Of a DNA stretch of 57,137 nt, positions 46,071-55,892 are shown piece by piece. The DNA is from a virus (Duplodnaviria > Caudoviricetes). The stretch covers positions 1-57,137 of the IMG/VR virus record IMGVR_UViG_3300044718_000101; one strand, written 5' to 3'. The stretch's first letter is position 1. Each line of letters begins with the position of its first letter. Made by a program: the position numbers and the translations under genes. The notes below the pieces were generated by a model. The model saw only the letters and a list, made by a program, of their open reading frames with translations. It was not told where the DNA came from and searched no databases.

Positions 46071-48791
46071 TTGACCCAACCGGCACCAGCAATGAAGGAC
46101 CTCCCAGCTGCGGGGGTCTACGCGTCAGCCGAACTCGCCAGCTATCGAAAGTTCTTGCAGGACAAGGTACAGGTAGCCCCGTCCTTCGGCGTAGAATGCG
46201 ACCTGTCAGACGTCAACCCCCTCATGCGGCCGCATGCGGCCGCACTGTCGGTTTGGTCGACCAGGGGCGGTCGGCGTGGCATCTTCCCGTCTTTCGGACT
46301 TCACAAAACCACGATCCAGCTAGAAACCGTGCGGATCACGCTCGACAAGACTGAGCAGCCGAACGGGCTTATAATCCTTCCCCTCGGCGTCCGGCAAGAG
46401 TTTATTCGTGACGCCCACATGCTCCGCACCGGTGACAACCCATTCATCACCGATCAGCAGCGCGAGTGTCACGAGGAATGGACCGCCGGAAGGCCGGACC
46501 GAACCCCGGCGCCACGCTTTATCAGAACCACCGCCGAGATTGATGAGCCCGGTATCTACCTAACCAACTATGAATCGGTCCGGCTACACAAGATCGATAT
46601 CGGAAGGTTCGCCGCCGTTAGTCTAGATGAAGGAGATATCCTTCGCGGCTGCTTCTCAGGCTCCAAAACCTACGGGGAGTTTAAGGACCTCTTTGAAGGG
46701 ACCAGCATTCACCGCTGGGTAGCAACCGCAACCCCGAGCCCTCAAGAATATCACGAGCTGCTGGTCTACGCCCAGTTCCTTGGCATCATGGACATCGGCG
46801 AAGCGCGGACCCGCTTCTTCCAGCGTAACAGTCAGAAAGCGCACAGCCTCACGCTTCTACCGCATATGGAGGAAGAGTTCTGGATTTGGGTCAACTCATG
46901 GGCCGCGTTCGTGCTCAGGCCTTCAAACCTCGGCTTTTCCGACGATGGTTATATCCTTCCCGATTTGGAAGTCCACTGGCACGAGGTTCCAACCGATCAT
47001 ACCACCGCGGTAGCGAACGAGCGCGGACAAGGCAAGTTGATCAAGGACGTAACCGTCGGCGTCACCAGTGCTGCAAAGGAAAAGCAATCATCCCTAGATA
47101 CGCGCCTCCAAAAGCTGCTGGAGCTTCGAGAACTGGATCCGGATGCACACCGCATCATTTATCACGATCTCGAAAACGAAAGACGAGCCCTTGAGAAATC
47201 AATACCGGGTCTTGCCACCATTTACGGGAGTCAAGACCTTGACGACCGCGAAAAGATCAGTATCGACTTTTCCAATGGCGAAGTAAGCGAACTCGGCGGA
47301 AAGCCTAGCATGGTGGGCGCCGGCTGTAACTATCAAAGGTTCTGCCATTGGGCCATATTCATGGGGGTCGGATTCAAGTTCCGCGACTTCTTCCAGGCCA
47401 TCCACCGCATCCAACGCTTCGGCCAACCCCATCGATGTCGAATCGACATCATCTTTACCGAGGCCGAAGTCTCGATCAAAGAAGAACTCGAAAGGCGTTG
47501 GGCACAGCACACCACCATGGTTGAGCGCATGGCCGGCATTATCGAGCAGTACGGCCTAGATGGCGAAGGAATGCTCGAGCGGCTAACTCAGTCCATAGGA
47601 GTTGAGCGCGAAGAGTGGATCGGCGAGTTTGGCCACCTCGTTTACAACGACACTATCGAAGAAACGATGTCGATGGAAGACGACTCAGTGGACCTCATCG
47701 CCGGTTCCCCTCCATTCTCGAATCAATATCGATACTCGGCCAGCTATAACGACCTAGGCCACAACCCAAACATCAAGCTCTTTTTCGAGCAGCTTGGATA
47801 TCTCACCCGCCATTCGCTCCGCGTCCTTAAACCCGGCCGCTTCATGGCGATCCATATAAAGGACCGAATCCGCCACGGCAACATGACCGGCCTCTCATTC
47901 CCGACAATCGATCCGTTCCACTGCTACTACCTCGAACACGCCAAAGAGTGCGGATTCGAATATTGCGGCATGGTCACTATTGGGACCGACGTTGTTAGAG
48001 AGAACAATCAAACCTACCGGCTCAGCTACTCAAAGATGCTGAAGGACTCGACCACAACCGCGGTCGGCATGCCCGAATACGCAATGCTTTTCCGCAAGCC
48101 ACAAACTGATCTCAGCCGTGGCTTTGCCGATGAAAGGGTTAGGAAGAACGCCGAAGAATATCTCCTTGCCCAATGGCAGATTGACGCAAACGGCGTTTGG
48201 CTATCCAGCGGCGACCGCCTGGCGCTTCCGGAGGAAGCCAAGGGGTTAAGGCGCAAAGATGCTTACCGCCTGTGGAAGAAGTATTGCCTGGCGAACCCCT
48301 ACGACTATGAGAAGCACGTCGCGTTCGCATCGCTCTTGCAGCTAACCAAGACCCCGGGCGGCGGAAGCATCCTCCCCAAAGACTTCGCCCTCTTGCCGGT
48401 CCATGCAAAAAGCCCATGGATTTGGACCGACGTTTTCCGCGCCGGCACCCTTAACTCGGCACTCTCGCAAAAGAGGGTGGAAAAGCATGTCTGCCCCATG
48501 CAGTTCGACATTATCGACCGGCTAATCGAAAAGCTCACCAACCCCGGAGAACTGGTCTTCGATCCCTGGGGCGGAGTCGGCACAACCGTCGTTCGCTCAA
48601 ACAAACTCGGCCGTCGTGGCCGCTCGCACGAACTCAACCACTACTACTGGCGAGAATCCGTCAAGTTCGCCAAAGCCCAGGAAGAAAAGATGCGCGTTCC
48701 ATCGCTATTCGACCTGATCGAACTCGAAGCCCTCGCAGCGCAATCCGACGACTATGAAGCCGACGATGATGCCCTGGAGGAATCCGCCTAA
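46071..48791 (+). CDS. SNF2-like helicase fused to an N4/N6 DNA methyltransferase
   Basis: FGLHKT, TNYE, LDEG, ATATPSP, QAIHRIQRFGQ; MTase SPPF, HVCPMQ, VFDPWGGVGT. Confidence 0.88.
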   Translation: MTQPAPAMKDLPAAGVYASAELASYRKFLQDKVQVAPSFGVECDLSDVNPLMRPHAAALSVWSTRGGRRGIFPSFGLHKTTIQLETVRITLDKTEQPNGLIILPLGVRQEFIRDAHMLRTGDNPFITDQQRECHEEWTAGRPDRTPAPRFIRTTAEIDEPGIYLTNYESVRLHKIDIGRFAAVSLDEGDILRGCFSGSKTYGEFKDLFEGTSIHRWVATATPSPQEYHELLVYAQFLGIMDIGEARTRFFQRNSQKAHSLTLLPHMEEEFWIWVNSWAAFVLRPSNLGFSDDGYILPDLEVHWHEVPTDHTTAVANERGQGKLIKDVTVGVTSAAKEKQSSLDTRLQKLLELRELDPDAHRIIYHDLENERRALEKSIPGLATIYGSQDLDDREKISIDFSNGEVSELGGKPSMVGAGCNYQRFCHWAIFMGVGFKFRDFFQAIHRIQRFGQPHRCRIDIIFTEAEVSIKEELERRWAQHTTMVERMAGIIEQYGLDGEGMLERLTQSIGVEREEWIGEFGHLVYNDTIEETMSMEDDSVDLIAGSPPFSNQYRYSASYNDLGHNPNIKLFFEQLGYLTRHSLRVLKPGRFMAIHIKDRIRHGNMTGLSFPTIDPFHCYYLEHAKECGFEYCGMVTIGTDVVRENNQTYRLSYSKMLKDSTTTAVGMPEYAMLFRKPQTDLSRGFADERVRKNAEEYLLAQWQIDANGVWLSSGDRLALPEEAKGLRRKDAYRLWKKYCLANPYDYEKHVAFASLLQLTKTPGGGSILPKDFALLPVHAKSPWIWTDVFRAGTLNSALSQKRVEKHVCPMQFDIIDRLIEKLTNPGELVFDPWGGVGTTVVRSNKLGRRGRSHELNHYYWRESVKFAKAQEEKMRVPSLFDLIELEALAAQSDDYEADDDALEESA

Positions 48792-50921
48792 TGCCCCCAA
48801 AACTAGAAACCGGCTACGCCTTGTCGACCGGCGAAATAATCTACGTCGACCTATTCTGCGGAGCGGGATGCTCGTCGGAAGCAGCTCGCAGGGCGGCAAA
48901 GTCGTTAGGCAAACGCGTTCGATGTATAGCCTGTAACCATTGGCAGGTAGCCGTCAACTCGCACGCCGCCAACCACCCAGACGCCAAGCACTATTGCAAG
49001 GCAGTCCAAAAGGTTGACCCCAGGGAAGCAGTCCCGGGCGGCAAAGCCGACCTTCTAATCGCCGCTCCGCCATGCACCCACTTTTCAAGAGCAGCCGGCG
49101 GAAGACCGAAGAACGATCAGATGCGCTCCAACCCTCGCGAGGTCCTGCGATGGCTCGATCAAATCGAAATCCCCCGCCTATGGCTGGAGAATGTCCCCGA
49201 CTTCCTGACATGGGGGCCGCTGGACGATAAAGGCAAAACCATCAAAGAGCGAAAGGGCGAATACTTCCTCAACTTCATCAAGCTGCTCCAGCGACGGGGC
49301 TATCAAGTCGAGTGGCGAACCGTTTGCGCTGCAGACTTCGGCGATCCCACAACGCGTGACCCGCTTCTACCTCCAGGCCCGCAACGACGGCAAAGAGATC
49401 ATCTGGCCCGACCCCACCCACTGCAAAAGGAAGAAGCTCGAAAAGACAAAGACCTTCTACCCGCACGTTTTGCCATGGGCGCCGGCGCGTGGCTGCATCG
49501 ATTTCGGCATACCAAGCAAATCAATCTTCCGCCGCAAAAAGGCGCTAGCCGAGAAGACACTGATCAGAACTGAGCAAGGAATCCTGAAGCACGTCTCAGT
49601 CTTCAAAGAGGTATTCCTCGCCATGGTCCGGCACGAAATGCACGTCCTGACCGCCGCCGTCGAAGAAGCGCAGCACTATCCATTCCTGGTCATCTTAAGA
49701 AACCACGCGGATTCACAGTCGATCGATGATCCAATGCCGACCATAACGGCCAGCGGAACCCACGTAGGGCTAGGTGAAGCATTCCTGATTCCGAATCCGC
49801 TGCTCATCAAATACCACGGAGGAACGGGCACTAAAGCCAATCGTTCGCAGTCGATCGATGATCCGCTCGCCACAATCGATACGGCTAACCGCTTCGCAAT
49901 CGTAGAGCCCTCGATCATCAATATGAAGGGCCAAAGCACCGCCTCCTCAGTCGATGAACCAGCGCCAACCCAATGCACCAATGGGCACCTCTATCTAGCC
50001 GAAGCAAGCTACATCCTGCCGCCAAGAAAGTTCGACCGCATGGACGTGGATGACCTCAGCGAGCCGCTGAGAACGATCGATGCGTCGACCGGGCACAACT
50101 TCGCCCTAATCGAACCGTTCCTAGTTCAGAAGTTCGGAGAGCGAGCGGGCCAAGTGCCCCGCGTGATCTCAATAGGCGAACCCATGCCAACGGTAACAAC
50201 GGTAGGCGCTGGAATGCTAGTAGAGCCGTTCGCGGTCGATATGGCCCACGGGCAAGATCCAAACCAGACCAAGGCAGCAAGCGCAGAAAGGCGCGTTCAG
50301 TCGTTAGATGAACCCCTAGGCACCATCACCGCTAATCCCGGTAACGCCGTTGCTGAGTGCATCACGAAGGAAGCCTTTCTAGTCGACCGTGGCCGCGGCC
50401 ACAAAGAAGGCGAGTCCGGAGCGGCCCGCGTTCACTCGATAGACGAACCGCTCAACACCCTTACCGCGGCAAGAGAGAAAAGCGCGGCCGAGTGCGTCAT
50501 TCAGTACAACGGAACATCGCTTTCCAAAGATATCGATGAACCGCTTCCGACGATCCCCACAAAAGACCGGTTTGCCCTAGTCCAGGTCTTCATCAAAGAA
50601 GCCGATGGCACCATGGCCAGCCACGAATACCCCTGGGCGCTGGTGGACGATGAAGGCAGTATCCGCTATTTCCTGGATGTCCGGCTAAGAATGCTAAAGC
50701 CGCGCGAGCTCCAAGCCGCGCATAGCCTCAAAGACTACATCTTCACCGGCAACGTGTCAGACCAGATCAAGCAGATCGGCAACGGCATCGCACGCTGGAC
50801 CGTGCAGTCCCAAATCACCGCCATGTTCTGGGAAGGAACCCGCGAAGCGCTTAATGTCTTCCTGCTTGATCAGTTCCTAACCGAAACCAACCCCACGCCG
50901 CCAAAGGAGTGTGTCGCCTAG
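48791..50921 (+). pseudogene. C5-cytosine DNA methyltransferase split by a 1-nt frameshift at ~49356
   Basis: Motifs I (DLFCGAG), IV (PPC), VI (ENV) in 48791-49573; rest of motif VIII, repeats and motifs IX/X (RMLKPREL, KQIGN) in 49356-50921. Confidence 0.75.
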
Positions 50922-51209
50922 ATGAGTAAGACCGGCCCAATGTTCGCCAACTGCCTAATGTGCAACTTCACAACGTGCAACGGTACATGCGACGCCGCAG
51001 AGGCCGACCGGCTAATGGCTGCAAACCGCCAACTAGCCCCCTACCCCCAACAAATCTGCCACGCCTGCGCCACAAACGCGGGCGGCAACCCCCGAGGAAA
51101 CCTAGTGACCATGAACCTAACCACCTGCGACGTGTGCGGCAAAGAAACCGGCTGCTGCGCGCCAAGAGACTACCGGTACCCAGAGTTTGAGGGATTCGAG
51201 AAGCCATGA
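50922..51209 (+). CDS. Cys-rich zinc-finger protein
   Basis: Several CxxC pairs; abuts upstream stop. Confidence 0.55.
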   Translation: MSKTGPMFANCLMCNFTTCNGTCDAAEADRLMAANRQLAPYPQQICHACATNAGGNPRGNLVTMNLTTCDVCGKETGCCAPRDYRYPEFEGFEKP

Positions 51210-51400
51210 CCCAAGAAGAATACGAAGCCATTCCTCTGGTGCCCTGCGTGTCGTGCGGGAGCCCAACAAAGCACAGAGAAACAACGCGATATGGGAACAG
51301 CGAATATGCGGAGTGCCAGGGTTGCTTCAATGAACGCTCTGGGATGATTAAGCAGTTTGTAATCGCCGAATCCACGGACGACGACGGAAGGGTGGCATGA
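51206..51400 (+). CDS. Small zinc-ribbon protein
   Basis: PCVSCGS..ECQGC; ATGA coupling. Confidence 0.5.
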   Translation: MTQEEYEAIPLVPCVSCGSPTKHRETTRYGNSEYAECQGCFNERSGMIKQFVIAESTDDDGRVA

Positions 51401-51678
51401 GCAAGCTACTCCACGCCGAATCCTACGACTATCACCGCTTCACCGAAAGGCTGAGGTCTGGTGCCGTCGTCACGTGGGAATTTTATGGGACTCACCTACC
51501 GAACGACAATGGCGAAGCTCTAATCATCCGCCACTGTCCGCCAGAGCATGCAGAACCTCATTCATTTGAGATAACCGGCCTGGACGGTTGCTCACTGGTG
51601 GACCACGGCTACGCATGCCGCGCGATTGAAGACTGGAAGGCCCGAATCACCAAAGAAGCGAGGAGGAAAGCATCGTGA
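51397..51678 (+). CDS. Hypothetical protein
   Basis: ATGA/GTGA coupling. Confidence 0.55.
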   Translation: MSKLLHAESYDYHRFTERLRSGAVVTWEFYGTHLPNDNGEALIIRHCPPEHAEPHSFEITGLDGCSLVDHGYACRAIEDWKARITKEARRKAS

Positions 51679-52100
51679 ACGCCGAAATCCTACGACAGGG
51701 CGCTGAAGCGGTCATCGTTGTTGCATGCGCTGAATGCAGGACCACCATTTCTATACAGTGTGAAGACCCCGACGAGTTTACGGTCGAACTACGCTCTAGG
51801 CTCAATCGGAGGCTCGTTCGCGCCGGTTGGACTGAATATTACGACGAAGCTTATTGCCCCAGGTGCCAAAAGCAGTTCAGCTACCAAAGAAAGTTAGAAT
51901 GCCCCCTGTTTAGCTTCTGTAGCAACAAGGCTTGCTTCGGCGATGTCTGCAGCGAACGCGCCAAAGACGAGGACAACCGCAAGCTAGGCGAAAAGAACCG
52001 GGAAATCAGGTTCACAAAGCGCATGGAGAGACTGAAGACCGCGCTATCGTCACCGGTCCAGCGAGTGGAGCCGGTACAGGTTGTGGAGGTTAGGGTTTGA
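51675..52100 (+). CDS. Cys-rich hypothetical protein
   Basis: CAEC, GW..YCPRC; GAGGAGG RBS. Confidence 0.55.
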   Translation: MNAEILRQGAEAVIVVACAECRTTISIQCEDPDEFTVELRSRLNRRLVRAGWTEYYDEAYCPRCQKQFSYQRKLECPLFSFCSNKACFGDVCSERAKDEDNRKLGEKNREIRFTKRMERLKTALSSPVQRVEPVQVVEVRV

Positions 52101-52645
52101 GCGCAGCGCCGAGCATCCAGCACTTGCCACTAATCGATATGCCGATATGTGGCTTCTATCCCATCACAAACGATCACGCGAACGAGCTGCTAGTAAAGTG
52201 GAAACACAAGCTAGGTCCATGCAACAGACCGTTCCGCATGGAGGTCTTCGCGCTAGTCGTGAATGATGAACCGGTCTCGGTCGCAATCAGCGCAAGCATC
52301 GTTCATGGCCCCGTCTACGGCTATCAAGTCCACGAGGTCCTAGAACTTGCCAGGCTTGCTTCATCCAACGGCTGGGCGAACCGTGTAATGCTCCGGGTTT
52401 GGCGGGAATGCCTAGCGCCGACTTATAAATCATGGAAGCCGAAGGCCGTTGTTTCCTACTCGCATAACGCTTTGCACTCAGGAGATATCTACCGCTTCGA
52501 CGGCTGGAAGAAGGTCAAAGACGATTGCGGAACAGACGGTAAAGGCGGCAACTGGGGAAGGCGAGGCGAGGGATACGAGAACGTTGCGCTTCACGGCAAG
52601 AAGTCGCTTTGGGTTTATGAGTACCCGCAGGAGGTTAGGGTTTGA
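52085..52645 (+). repeat. 16-bp direct repeat flanking the Mom-like gene
   Basis: GGAGGTTAGGGTTTGA at 52085-52100 and 52630-52645. Confidence 0.8.
52097..52645 (+). CDS. Mom-like (GNAT-fold) DNA modification protein
   Basis: AN..L.KWKHK, VLELARLA, VVSYS..HSGDIYRFDGW. Confidence 0.7.
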   Translation: MSAAPSIQHLPLIDMPICGFYPITNDHANELLVKWKHKLGPCNRPFRMEVFALVVNDEPVSVAISASIVHGPVYGYQVHEVLELARLASSNGWANRVMLRVWRECLAPTYKSWKPKAVVSYSHNALHSGDIYRFDGWKKVKDDCGTDGKGGNWGRRGEGYENVALHGKKSLWVYEYPQEVRV

Positions 52646-53418
52646 AAATCATCAGCCTCGGCGCGGGCGTTCAGTCGTCCGCGATGCTCTTGATGGCATT
52701 AGAGGGAAGGTTTGGAGATAAGCCGGATTGCGCCATATTTGCAGATGCTCAGTGGGAACCGAAGGCAGTCTATGAGTGGCTTAGACGACTTGAGGCCGAA
52801 GTCTCGCCCTTTCCGATCTACCGTGTGACGAACGGCAACATCCGCGAGAAGGCCCGCTACGACACATCGGGTACTCGGTTCATCGTCATCCCAACGTTTG
52901 TAAAGAACGAATCAGGCGGGACCGGAATGTCTCCAAGGCAGTGCACCAAGGAGTTCAAGATCATTCCTATTCAAAGGAAGGTTCGGCAACTGGTAGGGCC
53001 GAAAGGCAGAGCACAATCCTGGATCGGCATAAGCACCGATGAAGCGATGCGGATGAAGCCGTCGCATCTCAAATGGTTGGTGAATCGCTGGCCCTTGATT
53101 GAAGCGAATCTGAGCCGCTACGACTGTGAGCAATACCTCCTGAAGCGGATGGGCGACGTCGCTCCAAAGTCGAGTTGCATTGGGTGCCCGTTCCACGGAG
53201 ACGATCACTGGCAGAGGATGAAATCCCAAGAGCCTGCCGAGTTCGCCGATGCTTGCGAGTTCGATAAGCAGATCCGCACTTTTCCGAACATGCGAGGCGA
53301 GAAGTTTCTACACCGTTCGTGCCGCCCGTTAGACCAGATCGAGTTCCTTCACGAAAAGCAGGGCCGCATGTTTCGTGACGCGTTCGGCAACGAGTGCGAA
53401 GGATTGTGCGGAGTATGA
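52642..53418 (+). CDS. PAPS-reductase-like (PP-loop) phage protein
   Basis: ISLGAGVQSS, AIFAD..WEP, RQCTKEFKI.PI, WIGISTDE, PKSSCIGCPFH, ECEGLCGV. Confidence 0.8.
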   Translation: MKIISLGAGVQSSAMLLMALEGRFGDKPDCAIFADAQWEPKAVYEWLRRLEAEVSPFPIYRVTNGNIREKARYDTSGTRFIVIPTFVKNESGGTGMSPRQCTKEFKIIPIQRKVRQLVGPKGRAQSWIGISTDEAMRMKPSHLKWLVNRWPLIEANLSRYDCEQYLLKRMGDVAPKSSCIGCPFHGDDHWQRMKSQEPAEFADACEFDKQIRTFPNMRGEKFLHRSCRPLDQIEFLHEKQGRMFRDAFGNECEGLCGV

Positions 53419-53963
53419 CCCCCACCGAAACGCAGAGAGCCGTCTTCTCAGACTGCCGCACCTACCGCTACGAACTGTGGCGGGTCTGGGATGAAAGCCT
53501 CCCCTACGTCGCATTCATCGGCCTAAACCCAAGCACCGCAGACGAAACCAAAGATGACCCCACGATCCGCAAGTGCCGCCACTTCGCCAAGGCCTGGGGC
53601 TACGGCGGGTTCGTCATGCTCAACCTATTCCCGTTTCGCGCAACCGATCCGCGAGAGCTGAAGAAGGCAAAGCAACCTTATGGAGAACTGTATATGCCTA
53701 GGGGTGGTGTCTATTGGTGGAGCAACACTAAGCGCATTGTAGAGCACGTAAGAGCGTCGGGCCTCATCGTAGCCGCATGGGGCGTTGATGGCGCGCACAG
53801 AAACAAGGCTTGGAATCTAATGAACTTCTTGACTCAGCATAGTATGGGTCCACGCATCCACTGCCTAGGCACCAACAATGACGGCTCGCCAAAGCACCCG
53901 CTGTACCTAGCGAACGAGACAAAGCCCGTCCCCTATGGTGAGGCTTGGAGGAAAGGGGCGTGA
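53415..53963 (+). CDS. DUF1643 family protein
   Basis: YRYELWRVW, FIGLNPSTAD..DDPTIR, NLF..RATDP, AAWG, PKHPLY. Confidence 0.92.
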   Translation: MTPTETQRAVFSDCRTYRYELWRVWDESLPYVAFIGLNPSTADETKDDPTIRKCRHFAKAWGYGGFVMLNLFPFRATDPRELKKAKQPYGELYMPRGGVYWWSNTKRIVEHVRASGLIVAAWGVDGAHRNKAWNLMNFLTQHSMGPRIHCLGTNNDGSPKHPLYLANETKPVPYGEAWRKGA

Positions 53964-54145
53964 TTGAACTCACTATTTGCGCCATATACGCAACCATCGG
54001 AGCCTTCCTGTACGGTCGATACGGCCCCTCGACAGACGAAGTTCCCGACAACGACGAAGGGAAAGTTCTGATGTTCTACCTATTCTGCTGGCCCATCATC
54101 ATGGCTTATGCCGTCGGGATGATGTTCAGAGGGAAACGAGGCTAG
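53960..54145 (+). CDS. Small two-TM protein
   Basis: GTGA overlap; two hydrophobic helices. Confidence 0.5.
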   Translation: MIELTICAIYATIGAFLYGRYGPSTDEVPDNDEGKVLMFYLFCWPIIMAYAVGMMFRGKRG

Positions 54146-54149
54146 AACC

Positions 54150-54506
54150 ATGCAATCCAGGCGCTACACCGATATGGAGCTACTAGCCAAAGCAGTCCTA
54201 GAACTGGCAGTATCGCAGCGACTTCCCGCGGCAACCTCTTTGAGCAGGCAGGACGCCATAAGACATATCGGCTGCTCAGAGCGTGCCTTCAAACATTACG
54301 AAGCAAAGGGCTATATTAAAGAGCTTGAGGGCGGCATATTCTCGGTCGAGCATTTGGACGGGCTAGTCGAGAAACTGAAAAAAGACTCTGAAAAGGTGAT
54401 AGATTTAACAAATGGCCAGATGGCACAAAGCGAGCAGCAGGTACATAGCGGAAAAACGAATCACACTCCCAAACGGGGAGAAGTTGCGTCCGTGCTGCTA
54501 CGGTGA
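54150..54506 (+). CDS. Putative excisionase (MerR-like HTH)
   Basis: LSRQDAIRHIGCSERAF..YEAKGYI; overlaps the integrase 5' end. Confidence 0.6.
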   Translation: MQSRRYTDMELLAKAVLELAVSQRLPAATSLSRQDAIRHIGCSERAFKHYEAKGYIKELEGGIFSVEHLDGLVEKLKKDSEKVIDLTNGQMAQSEQQVHSGKTNHTPKRGEVASVLLR

Positions 54507-55695
54507 AACCGCAGAAGAAGCCGACCAGCTTCTAGCCGATCACATCGAATCAATCTTCAGGCCTTTTAACGAATACGCCTTCGGAAGCTACGCCGCCCGG
54601 GCCTACATCCCGCTGCATGAAAACGACAGTTTCAAGAACCGAGAGCAAATCGCATGGGCCCTCGACACCCATATCCTTCCCGACTGGGGTTCACGCGATA
54701 TCAGGACCATCGAACGGACCGAGCTCCAACGCTGGGTTAATCGCAAACTAGACGCCGGACGTATCGGCGGAGGCACCCTCTCAAAAGGGAGTGTCACGCA
54801 CCTCAGAAAGGTGATAAGCGCCATCATGGATCTCGCTGAAGAAGATGGCATCATCGACAAAAACCCGGTCCGCAAAGTCAAGGTCATCACCCCCAAGCAA
54901 ACATCATCCCTAATCGCTGGGCCTGTTGCACAAAAGGAAGTCACCTACACGTCGGAGCAGCTTGTCAGGTACCTCGACTTCGCGCTAAGGCAAGAAAAGA
55001 TGATGGGGCTTATGATGGCGCCTATTATCTTCATGGAAGGATGGTGCGGACTTCGAAGGGGGGAAGCCCTAGGAACAAGAAGGCCGTTCATCACCAAAGA
55101 CAACGTGATTCAAGTCTTCTGGCAAGCTCAAAAACAAAAGCGGCCGTGGCCAGAAAAGAAACCGATCGGAAAGCGAAAGAAGAAACCCATCTGGGAATAC
55201 TTCATCGATATTATCGAGGTCAAGAGCACTGCAGGCCGGCGAACGATCCCACTCCCAGAGATCGGGGCAAGGATGCTAAGAGCCGTCGACTGGTGGGCGG
55301 CAAACGTAGAGTCTGACTCGGTGCTATTCTGCCCAAACTCCACCGGAGGCCTCCAAGACCCAGACAACGTAAACCGCGCACTGGAATCGCTAACGCAGCG
55401 CTATAACGACTCGCTAGAGTTCAACAACTCCCTTAGCGAAGCCGAGAGGGAAGAACTAAGGCTCCCAAAGATCGGAACGCACGGCCTAAGACGCAGTTTC
55501 GCCACCAACCTCGCCGAACTGGGATGCCCCGAAGAATTCCGGAATGCGCTACTTGGCCACGGCAAAAAGAACATGGCCCAGGAATACAACAAGATCCGCG
55601 AACTAACAAAGCTCAAATGGCTGGAAGCGCTTCACGAACCATTGAAGGTGCTTGTGGCAAGCGACTCGAAACCAAACGTCGCGAAAGCCGAGTAG
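54412..55695 (+). CDS. int: Tyrosine recombinase/phage integrase
   Basis: GLRRGE (R), VKS (K), HGLRRS (HxxR), LLGH, QEY (Y). Confidence 0.95.
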   Translation: MARWHKASSRYIAEKRITLPNGEKLRPCCYGETAEEADQLLADHIESIFRPFNEYAFGSYAARAYIPLHENDSFKNREQIAWALDTHILPDWGSRDIRTIERTELQRWVNRKLDAGRIGGGTLSKGSVTHLRKVISAIMDLAEEDGIIDKNPVRKVKVITPKQTSSLIAGPVAQKEVTYTSEQLVRYLDFALRQEKMMGLMMAPIIFMEGWCGLRRGEALGTRRPFITKDNVIQVFWQAQKQKRPWPEKKPIGKRKKKPIWEYFIDIIEVKSTAGRRTIPLPEIGARMLRAVDWWAANVESDSVLFCPNSTGGLQDPDNVNRALESLTQRYNDSLEFNNSLSEAEREELRLPKIGTHGLRRSFATNLAELGCPEEFRNALLGHGKKNMAQEYNKIRELTKLKWLEALHEPLKVLVASDSKPNVAKAE

Positions 55696-55705
55696 TAGAC
55701 GCTCA

Positions 55706-55724
55706 ACCGCCGTTCAATGGCGGT
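55706..55724. terminator. Hairpin between int and the tRNA
   Basis: ACCGCC-GTTCAAT-GGCGGT between convergent transcripts; no clear U-tract. Confidence 0.35.
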
Positions 55725-55786
55725 AACACTCCAGGGAGTAAACGGGCTTTCAAGCCAAAAAGGCCTGGTTTTGAACCTAAATAAAG

Positions 55787-55862
55787 TGGTGGAGACAACG
55801 GGGCTCGAACCCGTGACCTCCTGCATGCCATGCAGGCGCTCTCCCAGCTGAGCTATATCCCC
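55787..55862 (-). tRNA. tRNA-Ala (GGC); prophage attachment site
   Basis: 76-nt cloverleaf GGGGATATAGCTCAG..TGGCA..TTCGAGC..CTCCACCA; G3-U70 alanine determinant; encoded CCA. Confidence 0.97.
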
Positions 55863-55877
55863 ACTGATCGCGAGGTA

Positions 55878-55883
55878 ATTATA
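55878..55883 (-). promoter_or_regulatory. -10 box of the tRNA promoter
   Basis: TATAAT 15 nt upstream of the tRNA 5' end. Confidence 0.55.
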
Positions 55884-55892
55884 CACGTAGCC

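Larger units (their letters stand above)
1..55790. mobile_element. Temperate siphovirus-like prophage integrated at the 3' end of tRNA-Ala; left boundary probably outside the window
   Basis: Complete ordered modules (tail, head, terminase, lysis, replication, cI/cro, xis-int); tyrosine integrase ends ~90 bp from the tRNA CCA end; no direct repeat of the tRNA 3' end seen at the left. Confidence 0.93.

Noticed and set aside
55830-55892. ORF-track ATG start for the GIY-YIG gene
   Set aside because: It lies inside the tRNA gene on the antisense strand, well upstream of the domain start
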